From: Mobula hypostoma
Lineage: Eukaryota
DNA length: 64,000 nucleotides
NCBI RefSeq assembly: GCF_963921235.1
Contig: NC_086101.1
Location: 2,234,001-2,298,000, forward strand
Direction: 5' to 3'
The notes beneath the pieces are model-generated. The model was not told the DNA's origin. It saw only the letters and a program-made list of their open reading frames with translations, and searched no databases. Below, one piece after another: positions 1 to 8,834 of this stretch. A program made the position numbers and the translations under genes. Position 1 is the stretch's first letter. Every line of letters starts with the position of its first letter.

Positions 1-209
1 GTTGGTGAAGTCCAGTACACCGTATGCCGTCTTAACCACAGAGTCAACCTGCGCAGCAGCTTTGAGTGTCCTATGGACTCGGACCCAAAGATCCCTCTGA
101 TCCTCCACACTGCCAAGAGTCTTACCATTAATACTATATTCTGCTATCATATTTGACCTACCAAAATGAACCACTTCACACTTATCTGGGATATAACTCC
201 ATCTGCCAC
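1..209 (-). mobile_element. CR1 LINE ORF2 (post-RT, C-terminal region) fragment; continues off the left edge
   Basis: The reverse complement reads WQME..(frameshift)..DKCEVVHFGRSNMIAEYSINGKTLGSVEDQRDLWVRVHRTLKAAAQVDSVVKTAYGVLDF. This is collinear with WQMEFNDDKCEVLHFGRTNQ...VEQRDPGIMVHSSLKVESHVDRVVKKAFGMLAF in the 5628-6719 ORF. Confidence 0.88.
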
Positions 210-265
210 AAATCGGTCATGATGGTATAGCATAGCAGACTTGATGGGCTGAATGGTCTGAGCCC
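210..265 (+). mobile_element. Degenerate CR1 3' UTR remnant
   Basis: atcggtcatgatgg...agcagacttgatgggctgaatggtct resembles the CR1 3' UTR pieces at 3008-3019 and 7537-7590 (atcagccatgat...atgagccaaatggcct). Confidence 0.5.
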
Positions 266-1858
266 CACGTCTCAAGTTACAGCCCTGGCCATGCATATAC
301 TGGATGTGAGTCGGTCGAGTTAGCACGGCCCAAAGCAGGCAGACTGGATGGGGTGGTGGGAGCAGGGACAGGATCTTGCATGTGTGAGGAGAGAGCTATC
401 TGTCTAACTTGAGGTGTATGCACCCCTTCCATTTCCTCATCCGAGTCATCTTTAAACATCACAAAGAGCAGGGGTACCAGAACAGAGGTGGAAATCAAAT
501 CATTAGAAAGAGGTCACGTAGGTAGAGGTAAGGAACTGCAGGGGTAAAAAGGCCCTGATGGGAGTTCTGTACAGGCCCGCAAAGAGTAGTAAGGATGTGG
601 CCTACAGATTAAAATAGGACATGGAAAATGCAGGCCAAAAGGTTACTGGGGGTCCTGGGGGGCTTCAACATGCAGGTAGATTGGGAAAATCAGGTTGGTG
701 TTGGGGTACAGGATTTTTTGGAGTTCCTGTAACATGCCTTTTTAGAGCAGCTCATGGTTGAGCCCATTAGAAGATCAGCTATTCTGGACTGAGTGTTGTG
801 CAATGCACCAGAATTGATTAGAGAGCTTAAGGTAAAGGGACCCTGAGGAGAAAGTCATCATAATATGATTGAATTCACCCTGAAATTTGGGAGGAAGCTA
901 AATTCAGATGTATCAGTATTCCAGTGAAGAAAAGGGAATTACAGAGGCCTGAGAGAGGAGCTGGCCAGAAATGATTGGAAAAGAATATTGGTAGGGATGA
1001 AGGCTGAGCAGCAATGGCTGGAATCTCAGGAAGCAATTCGGAAGGCACAGGATATACACAAAGAGGAAGAAGTATTCTAAAGTCAAGATGACACAGTCAT
1101 GGCTAGCAAAAGAAGTCAAAGCCAGCGTAGCCAGAGAGAGGCATATAATAGAGTAAAAATTAGTGGGAATTCAGAAGATTGGGAAATGTTTGAAATCAAC
1201 AAATGGCAACCAAAATAGTTGTTAAGACATTAAAGATGGATATGAAAGTAAGCTAGTCAATAACTAGATACATGAGATGTAAAGAGAGGTGAGAGTAGAT
1301 ATTGGATCGCTGGAAAACGATGCTGAAGAGGTAGTAATGGGGGTTAAGGAAATGGCAGACACACTGAATAAGTATTTCGTATCAGTCTTCACTGTGGAAA
1401 ACATGAGCAGTATGGTGGGAGTTCCAGGAGTCGGGGTCAAGAAGTGTGTGAAGTTACTAACACTAGAGAGGAGGTTCTTGGGAAACTGAAAGCTCTGAAG
1501 GTAGGTAAGTCACCTGGACCAGATGGTGTACACCCCAGGGTTCTGAAGGAGGTGGCTGAAGAGATCGTGGAGGCATTAGTAATGATCTTTGAAAAATCTA
1601 AGTTCTGTAATGGTTCTGGAAGACTGGAAAATTGCAAATGTCACTCCACTCTTCAAGAAGGGAGAGAGGCAGAAGGAAGGAAACTATAGGCCAGTTAGTC
1701 TGACCTCAGTGGTCGGGAAGATTTTGGAGTGATTATTATGGAAGAGGTTTCAGGGTACTGGGAGGCACATGATAAAATAGGTTAGTCAGCATGGTTTCCT
1801 CAAGGGAAAATCTTCCCTGACAAATCTGTTGGAATTCTTTGAAGAAATGACAAGCAGG

Positions 1859-1895
1859 GGTCCTGACGAAGGGTCTCGGCCTGAAACGTCGACTG
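1859..1895 (+). ncRNA. Minimal type I hammerhead ribozyme motif
   Basis: Core CUGACGA at 1863-1869; stem II AGG(1870-72)/CCU(1880-82); GAAA at 1883-1886; loopless stem III (AC/GU); GUC cleavage triplet at 1888-1890; stem I GUC(1860-62)/GAC(1891-93) plus a G-U pair. Confidence 0.7.
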
Positions 1896-1956
1896 CGCCT
1901 CTTCCTATAGATGCTGCTTGGCCTGCTGCGTTCACCAGCAACTTTGATGTGTGTTG
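1859..1956 (+). mobile_element. ~98-bp short interspersed insertion (Penelope-like-element/retrozyme-type terminal repeat fragment) inside the RT of CR1 copy A
   Basis: CR1 coding sequence stops after ...EEMTSR (1858) and resumes at VDVVYLDF (~1957). The insert (gtcctgacgaagggtctcggcctgaaacgtcgac...gatgctgcttggcctgctgcgttcaccagc) is unrelated to CR1 and matches, from recall, a very abundant elasmobranch repeat. Confidence 0.75.
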
Positions 1957-3277
1957 GTTGATGTTGTGTACTTGGATTTTCAGAAGGCCTTTGACAAGTT
2001 GCCACACATGAGTTTCCTTAACAAGGTATGAGCCCATTGTGTTACTGAAAAGATTCTAGCACGGATAAAGCAGTGGCTGATTGGCAGGAGGCAAAGAGTG
2101 GGAATAAAGGGAGCCTTTTCTGGTTGGCAGCCAGTGTTTCATAGGGGTCTGTGTTAAGACCGATTCTTTTTGAGTTATGTGTCAATGACTTGATGATGGA
2201 ATTGGTGGCTTTCTTGCAAAGTTTGCAGGTGATATGATAGGTGGAGTGGCAGGTAGTTTTGAGGAAGTAGAGAGCCTGCAGAAAGACTTATTCAGATTAG
2301 GAGAATGGGCAAAGAAATAACAGATGGAATACAGTGTTGGGAAATGTATGGGCATGCACTTTGGTAGATGAAATTAATGGGTTGACTGTTTTCCAAATGG
2401 AGAGAAAATACAAAAACCTGAGTCACAAAGGGACTTGGGAGTCCTTGTGCAGGATTGCCTGAAGGTTAACTTGCAGGCTGAGTTCGTGGTGAGGAAGGCA
2501 AATGCAATGTTAACATTAATTTCAAAAGGACTAGAATACAAAAGCAAGGATGAGTGGTGAGGCCTCATTTGGAGTATTGTGAGCAGGTTTGGGCCCCGTA
2601 TCTTAGGCGAGACTGGAGAGGGTTCAAAGGAGGTTCACAAAAATGATTGCAGGATTGAATGGCTTGTCAGATGAAGAAGTCTGCATTCACTAAAATTCAG
2701 AAGAATGAGGGCCAACCTAATTGAAACCTACTAACAGTGAAAGACCTTGAGAGAGCAGATGTGGCGAAGATGGTAGAGTCTATGACCAGAGGACACGGCC
2801 TCAGAATAGAGGGGGATCTTTTAGAATGGATCTGAGGAGGAATCTCTTTAGCCAGAGAGTGGTGAATCTGTGGAATTCGTGGCCACAGACAGGTGTGGAG
2901 GCAAAGTCTTTATGTGCACTTAAGGTGGAGGTTGATAGATTTTTGACCCATCAGGGCATGAAGGGATTCAGGAAAATGAAGGAGATTGGGACTGAGAGGG
3001 AAAATGGATCAGCCATGATCAGCCAGGCCTTCGGCAGTTGAACGGGGCACAACTGCGCAAGTGCGTGGAAGTCGGACCGTGAGGCAGCGGGAGTATTTAA
3101 AAGAGAGAAGATTAACGGAGCGGGTGACATTGTAGTGAGCGACGGAGTAGTGGGAGACAGTAGGAAGGCTTTGGCTCCTGAGGCTTCGGCGAGCAGAGGC
3201 TGAGGAAGAGCTTCACTCCAAGTGAGGTAAGGCCGGGTAAGTTCCTTTAATAAATCTAATTACCTTAAGAGGAGGTA

Positions 3278-4208
3278 ATGGAGGCAGCAGTTAGGGCAGT
3301 CGAGTGCTCCGTTTGCAGGATGTGGGAAGTCAGGGGCAGTACAATCGTCCCTGATGACTACACCTGTGAAAGGTGCATCCAGCTGCAGCTCCTGACAAAC
3401 CGAGTCAGGGAACTGGAGCTGGAGCTGGATGAACTTCGGATCACTCGGGAAGCAGAGGCAGAAATAGACAGGAGTTACAGGGAGATAATCACCCCTAAGA
3501 GTCAGGAGGCAGGTAGCTGGGTGACTGTCAGGAGAGAGAAGGGGAATAGACAGAATGAGCAGAGCACCCCTGTGGCCGTTCCCACCAATAATAAGTACAC
3601 CGTTTTGGATACTGTTGATGGGGACGACCTACCAGGGACAAGTTGCAGTGGTTGCGTCTCTGGCACCGAGACTGGACCCTCAGCTCAGAAGAGAAGGAGG
3701 GAAAAGAGGAGAGCAGTAGTGATAGGGGATTCGATAGTAAGGGGGACAGATGAGAGGTTCTATGGAAGAGATCGAGAATCTCGGATGGTCTGTTGCCTCC
3801 CTGGTGCCAAGGTCCGCGATATCTCAGATCGAGTACAAGAGGGAGGGTGAGCAGCCAGATGTCGTGGTCCATGTAGGGACCAATGACGTGGATAGGAAGA
3901 GTGAGGAGGTCATGAAAGGTGAGTTCAGGGAGTTAGGCGCCAAGTTAAAGGACAGGACCTCCAGAATAGCAATCTCAGGATTGCTACCAGTGCCACGTGC
4001 ATGCAGGTTTAGAAATAGTAAGATAGTGCAGATTAACAGGTGGCTGAAGACATGGTGCAGGAGGGAGGGCTTCAGATTTATAGATAATTGGGTAGTTTTC
4101 CAGGGAAGGTGCAACCTGTCCCAGAGGGACGGTCTACATCTGAACTGGAGGAGGACAAATATTCCTGTGGGTAGGTTTGCCAGAGAGGCTTCAGTGGATT
4201 TAAGCTAG
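3278..4208 (+). pseudogene. CR1 ORF1p (CxxC...CxxC zinc finger, leucine zipper, SGNH/GDSL esterase), one frameshift near 3838
   Basis: AVECSVC...YTCERC, then LQLLTNRVRELELELDELR. The esterase blocks are VVIGDSIVRG (ORF 3278-3850), then VVVHVGTND and DGLHLN (ORF 3750-4208). Confidence 0.88.
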
Positions 4209-4319
4209 ATACAAGGGGGGAGCGGAACCAGAGTGTAGGAACAGATGTAGTAGAGAAGGAAGAAAAAGAAAATAAAGTTATTTGCACTGTTAGTGATAAA
4301 CAGAGAGTAAGAGGTGGAA

Positions 4320-7121
4320 AATTTCTTAAATGCATTTATTTTAACGCTAGGAGATTTATAAGAAAGGTGGATGAGCTTGAAGCATGGATTGATACCTGCA
4401 AGTATAATATTGTAGCTATTAGTGAAACATGGTTGCAGGAGGGGTGTGATTGGCAACTAAATATTCCGGAATTTCATTGCTTCAGGTGTGACAGAATCAG
4501 AGGGACAAGAGCAGGAGGTGTTGCATTGCTTGTCAGAGAAAATATTACAGCGGTGCTCTGCAGGATAGATTAGAGGGCTCGTCTAGGGAAGCTATTTGGG
4601 TGGAATTGAGGAATGGGAAATGTGTAGTAACACTTATGGGGGTGTATTATAGACCACCAAATGAGGAGAGAGAATTGGAGGAGCAAATTTGTAAGGAGAT
4701 AGCAGATATTTGTAGTAAGCACAAGGTTGTGATTGAGGGAGATTTTAATTTTCCACACATAGACTGGGAAACCCATACTGTAAAAGGGCTGGATGGTTTG
4801 GAGTTTGTAAAATATGTGCAAGATAGTTTTTTGCAGCAATACATAGAGGTACCAACTAGAGAAGGGGCAGTGTTGGATCTCCTGTTAGGGAATGAGACAG
4901 GTCAGGTGACGGAAGTTTGTGTTGGGGAGCACTTCGGGTCCAGTGATCACAATGCCATTAGTTTCAATATAATTATGGAGAAGGATAGGTCTGGACCCAG
5001 GGTTGAGATTTTTGATTGGAGGAAGGCTAACTTTGAGGAGATGCGAAAGGATTTAGAAGGAGTGGATTGGGACAATTTGTTTTATGGGAAGAATGTAATA
5101 GAGAAATGGAGGTCATTTAAAGGTGAAATTTTGAGGGTACAGAATCTTTATGTTCCTGTTAGGTTGAAAGAAAAGGTTAAAAGTTTGAGAGAACCATGGT
5201 TTTCAAGGGATATTGGAAACTTGGTTTGGGAAAAGAGAGATATCTACAATAAATATAGGCAGCATGGAGTAAATGAGGTGCTTGAGGAATATAAAGAATG
5301 TAAAAAGAATCTTAAGAAAGAAATTAGAAAAGCTAAAAGAAGATATGAGGCTGCTTTGGCAAGTAAGGTGAAAATAAATCTCAAGGGTTTCTACAGTTAT
5401 ATTAATAGCAAAAGGATCGTGAGGGAAAAAATTGGTCAGAGAATCAGAGTGGACAGCTATGTGTGGAGCCAAAAGAGATGGAGGAGATTCTGAACAATTT
5501 CTTTTCTTCGGTATTCACTAAGGAGAGGGATATTGAATTGAGTAAGATAAGAGAAACAGGTAGAGAGATTATGGAAACTGTGATGATTAAAGAAGAGGAA
5601 GCACTGGCACTTTAAAGGAATATAAAAATGGATAAGTCTCTGGGTCCTGACGGGATATTCCCTAGGACCTTGAGGGAAGTTAGTGTGGAAATAGCAGGAG
5701 CTCTGACAGAAATATTTCAAATGTCATTAGAAACAGAGATGGTGCCGGAGGATTGGCATATTGCTCATGTTGTTCCATTGTTTAAAAAGGGTTCTAAGAG
5801 TAAATCTAGCAATTATCGGCCTGTGAGTTTGACGTCAGCAGTGAGTAAATTGATGGAAAGTATTCTTAGAGATGGTATATATAATTATCTGGATAGACAG
5901 GGTCTGATTAGGAACAGTCAACATAGATTTGTGCATGGAAGGTCATGTTTAACAAATCTTATTGAATGTTTTGAAGAGGTTACTAGGAAAGTTGACGAGG
6001 GTAAAGCGGTGGATGTTGTCTATATGGACTTCAGTAAGGCCTTTGACAAGGTTCCACATGGAAGGTTGGTTCGGAAGGTTCAATCGTTAGGTATTAATAT
6101 TGAAGTAGTAAAATGGATTCAACAGTGGCTGGATGGGAGATGCCAGAGAGCAGTGGTGGATAACTGTTTGTCAGATTGGAGGTCGGTGACTGGTGGTGTG
6201 CCTCAGGGATCTGTACTGGGTCCAATGTTGTTTGTCATATACATTAATGATCTGGATGATAGGGTGGTAAATTGGATTAGTAAGTATGCAGATGATACTA
6301 AGATAGGTGGAGTTGTGGATAATGAAGTAGGTTTTCAAAGCTTGCAGAGAGATTTAGGCCAGTTAGAAGAGTGGGCTGAAAGATGGCAGATGGAGTTTAA
6401 TGATGATAAATGTGAGGTGCTACATTTTGGTAGGACTAATCAAAATAGGACATCCATGGTAAATGGTAGGACATTGAAGAATGCAGTAGAACAGAGGGAT
6501 CCAGGAATAATGGTGCATAGTTCCCTGAAGGTGGAATCTCATGTGGATAGGGTGGTGAAGAAAGCTTTTGGTATGCTGGCCTTTATGAATCAGAGCATTG
6601 AGTATAGGAGTTGGGATGTAATGTTGAAATTGTGCAAGGCATTGGTGAGGCCAAATTTGGAGTACTGTGTACAGTTTTGGTCACCAAATTATAGGAAAGA
6701 TGTCAACATATTAGAGTAGAGTGAAGATTTTCTAGAATGATACCTGTGTTTCATCACCTAAGTTATAGTGAAAGGTTGAACAAGTTGGGTCTTTATTCTT
6801 TGGAACATAGAAGATTGAGGGGGGACTTAATAGAGGTATTTAAAATTATGAGGGGGATAGATAGAGTTGACGTGGATAGGCTTTTTGCATTGAGAATGGG
6901 GGAAATTCAAACAAGAGGACGTGAGTTGAGAGTTAAGGGGCAAAAGTTTAGGGGTAACATGAGGGGGATCTTCTTTACTCAGAGTGGTAGCTGTGTGGAA
7001 CGAGCTTCCAGCAGAAGTGGTAGAGGCAGGTTCGATGTTGTCATTTAAAGTTAAATTGGACAGCTATATGGACAGGAAAGGAATGGAGGGTTATGGGCTG
7101 AGTGCAGGTTGGTGGGACTAG
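4320..7121 (+). pseudogene. CR1 ORF2p (APE endonuclease + reverse transcriptase), split by about five frameshifts
   Basis: Motifs CIYFNAR, IVAISETWL, GVYYRPP, GDFNFP, LDLLL, SDHNAI, NYRPVSLTS, DFSKAFDKVPH, GVPQGSVLGP and YADD (6285-6296). Frame breaks fall near 4570, 5437, 5610, 6715 and 6980. The terminal frame VVAVWNELP...GWWD ends at TAG 7119-7121. The start coordinate is approximate. Confidence 0.93.
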
Positions 7122-7191
7122 GTGAGAGTAAGAGTTCAGCATGGACTAGAAGGGCTGAGATGGTCTGTTTCCGTGCTGTAATTGTTATATG

Positions 7192-7536
7192 ATTATAAGA
7201 TGATGAGAGGCATTGATCATGTGGATAGCCAGAGGCTTTTCCCCAGGGCTGAAATGGCTAACACGAGGGGGAATGGTTTAAGATGCTTGGAAGTAGGTAC
7301 AAGGGGGATGTCAGAGGTAAGTTTTGCACATAGGGAGCATGGAATGCACTGCCAGAAAAGGTGGTAGAGGCAGATATGATAGGGTATTTTAAGGTAGATG
7401 GAGCTTAGAAAATTAGAGAGCTATGCGGTAGGGAAATTCTAGGCAGCTTCTAGTTCAGGTTACGTGGTCGCAGTGTGGGCTGGAGGGCCCTGTAATGCGC
7501 TGCTGATTTTCTATGTTTTATCTTCTTTCTATGTTA
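7192..7536 (+). mobile_element. 5'-truncated CR1 3' end (copy C, different subfamily) abutting copy B
   Basis: YKMMRGIDHVDSQRLFPRAEMANTRG parallels FKIMRGIDRVDVDRLF in copy B. It ends in a ttctatgt-type tail (7509-7535). Confidence 0.82.
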
Positions 7537-7610
7537 ATGATGAAACAGCGGAAGAGAGTCAATGAGCCAAATGGCCTAATTCTGCTCCTATACTTCATGG
7601 TCTGATGGTC
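7537..7610 (+). mobile_element. Displaced remainder of the 3' UTR and tail of CR1 copy A
   Basis: atgatgaaacagcgg...atgagccaaatggcctaattctgctcctatacttcatggtctgatggtc continues naturally from ...ggatcagccatgat at 3019. Confidence 0.72.
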
Positions 7611-7755
7611 ACCAAACTCCAGACAGGATACCCTCCAACTACAATTGTGCTCTGCCTTCCATGGACAAGCCAGTTCTGAATACACATGGCCAAGCTGCCC
7701 CGGATCTCATGACTCCTGAAATGACCATACCATTGGGAAGCTCAGCAAATGCTTC
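7606..7755 (-). mobile_element. Old CR1 RT fragment
   Basis: The reverse strand gives AFAELPNG..(frameshift)..HEIRGSLAMCIQNWLVHGRQSTIVVGGYPVWSLVT, compared with AFDKVPHG...WIQQWLDGRCQRAVVDNCLSDWRSVT in copy B. Confidence 0.65.
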
Positions 7756-8022
7756 AGCACTCTCTGCCTTCATGGGACTGGCATCTGGGAAGACAAAGAC
7801 AGCCTGACTAAGATCGGCCAAGGGTGAGTGTGGGTGTGAGGGGTGGGGCTGGGGCCTAGATCCCTTCCCTCAAGAACACCATCTCTGGGTTCAAGGCCGG
7901 TGGGAGTAGAGGGTGCACTTTCGATCGAGAAGGTTGGAATCCCTGCTCACAAAGGTTAACTGGTCACTGGTATGCCTGGCTGTCTGGGCAAAGAGACAAT
8001 GAGCTTGAGAGGGCTTGAAGGC

Positions 8023-8215
8023 AGAGGTTGTACCTTCTCCCCGTGACCATGTGGGTCTCCTCCGGATGCTCCCGTCTCCTCCCACACTCCAAAGACGTAC
8101 TGTTAGGGTTCGTGAGTTGCGAGATGGCGGCACGTCTGCAGACTGGGCCAGTCATTGGTGCAAGGTGATGCATTTCACAGTGTGTTTACATGACAAGTCA
8201 AGTTAATCTTTAATC
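8023..8215 (+). mobile_element. V-SINE (HE1-like) remnant lacking the tRNA head
   Basis: ttctccccgtgaccatgtgggtctcctccggatgctcccgtctcctcccacactccaaagacgtac...gttagg matches the conserved V-SINE central domain as I recall it. The 3' part is gcatttcacagtgtgttt...ttaatctttaatc. Confidence 0.78.
8209..8214 (-). promoter_or_regulatory. Candidate polyadenylation signal ATTAAA for NME5
   Basis: tttaat on the + strand is ATTAAA on the - strand, about 50 nt after the NME5 stop codon. Confidence 0.4.
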
Positions 8216-8265
8216 AATTCGTAACAGAGCCGGGTTTTCTGAAGGAAGGTAACAGCCCCTGCAAC

Positions 8266-8400
8266 TCAGTGTTGTTTGGGAATGCCGGCTGTGTTATCAT
8301 AGCTCTGGCCGGGATCGCAGGTGGGAGGCTCCCTCACTCTCTCCTCCCTCACCGAGGGGCGGTTCGGGTTATTGGCCAACAGCCAGTCAGCCAGCCAGAC
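8266..8400 (-). CDS. NME5: NME5 last coding exon (end of Dpy-30 motif and tail): VWLADWLLANNPNRPSVREERVREPPTCDPGQSYDNTAGIPKQH*
   Basis: Acceptor ...ggtctgacgttcttctccgctccAG (AG at 8402-8401) with a CTGAC branch-like site. Phase 0 matches the upstream donor. WLADWLL.NNPN is the NME5 C-terminal signature. TGA at 8268-8266. This exon is absent from the ORF track. Confidence 0.92.
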   Translation of the reverse strand, partial: VWLADWLLANNPNRPSVREERVREPPTCDPGQSYDNTAGIPKQH

Positions 8401-8834
8401 CTGGAGCGGAGAAGAACGTCAGACCAATGCCGTCTGTTCGGAAAGCCCAGTTCCGGTTCCCTCCCTGGCTACAGTCAGGCTGGGCACGTCTGATCCAGCT
8501 GGGCAGGTGGCAGCCGCAGAGGAAGACCCAATCAGCTTCCCTGGGAGTTTGAAATCGCACCCGGGTCCTTCCCCCTGAACTCACTGACCGATACGCCAGG
8601 TGTTTTCATGGCTCTCTGGGGGTAATTTCAGATTCCCAGAGGGACTCTGGGGATTTGCTGGTGATTGTTCAGATACGCTGTGATTCCGGGCACCTGGGTG
8701 GAGAACTGTGGATCACTCGGGCACAATGTCCATCCAGCAGATCCACCTCAGAGTGCCCAACACACTGGGGACACAATGCCCTGGGACCAACCATCACTAC
8801 GGGGAGCAAAAACACCCTTGGGATATAATGCCAC

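Larger units (their letters stand above)
490..3019 (+). mobile_element. Degraded, 5'-truncated CR1 LINE (copy A): APE endonuclease and RT remnants through the start of the 3' UTR
   Basis: Broken frames give ...LMGVLYRP... (~557), LNKYFVSVFTVE, KSPGPDGVHPRVLKEVAEEI, NYRPVSLTSVVGK, QHGFLKGKSSLTNLLEFFEE, VDVVYLDFQKAFDK and RRNLFSQRVVNLWNS, with many stops and indels. Confidence 0.9.
3020..7191 (+). mobile_element. Near full-length CR1 LINE (copy B): 5' UTR, ORF1, ORF2, 3' UTR and tail; inactivated by frameshifts
   Basis: GC-richer 5' UTR (3020-3277), ORF1 with zinc finger/zipper/esterase, ORF2 with APE and RT, and a 3' end ...ctgtttccgtgctgtaattgttatatg. Confidence 0.93.

Noticed and set aside
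277..498. Minus-strand ORF with an acidic DDSDEEMEG patch and a possible AG...GT micro-exon (~449-409)
   Set aside because: I recognise no homology, the donor (GTTAGA) is weak and there are no partner exons in the window. It would need RNA-seq support.
3020..7191. CR1 copy B as an active element or domesticated RT/esterase gene
   Set aside because: There is one frameshift in ORF1 and about five in ORF2.
913..8584. Short antisense or alternate-frame ORFs over the CR1 and SINE sequence and opposite the last NME5 exon
   Set aside because: They are shadows of repeat or exon sequence with no independent coding signal.
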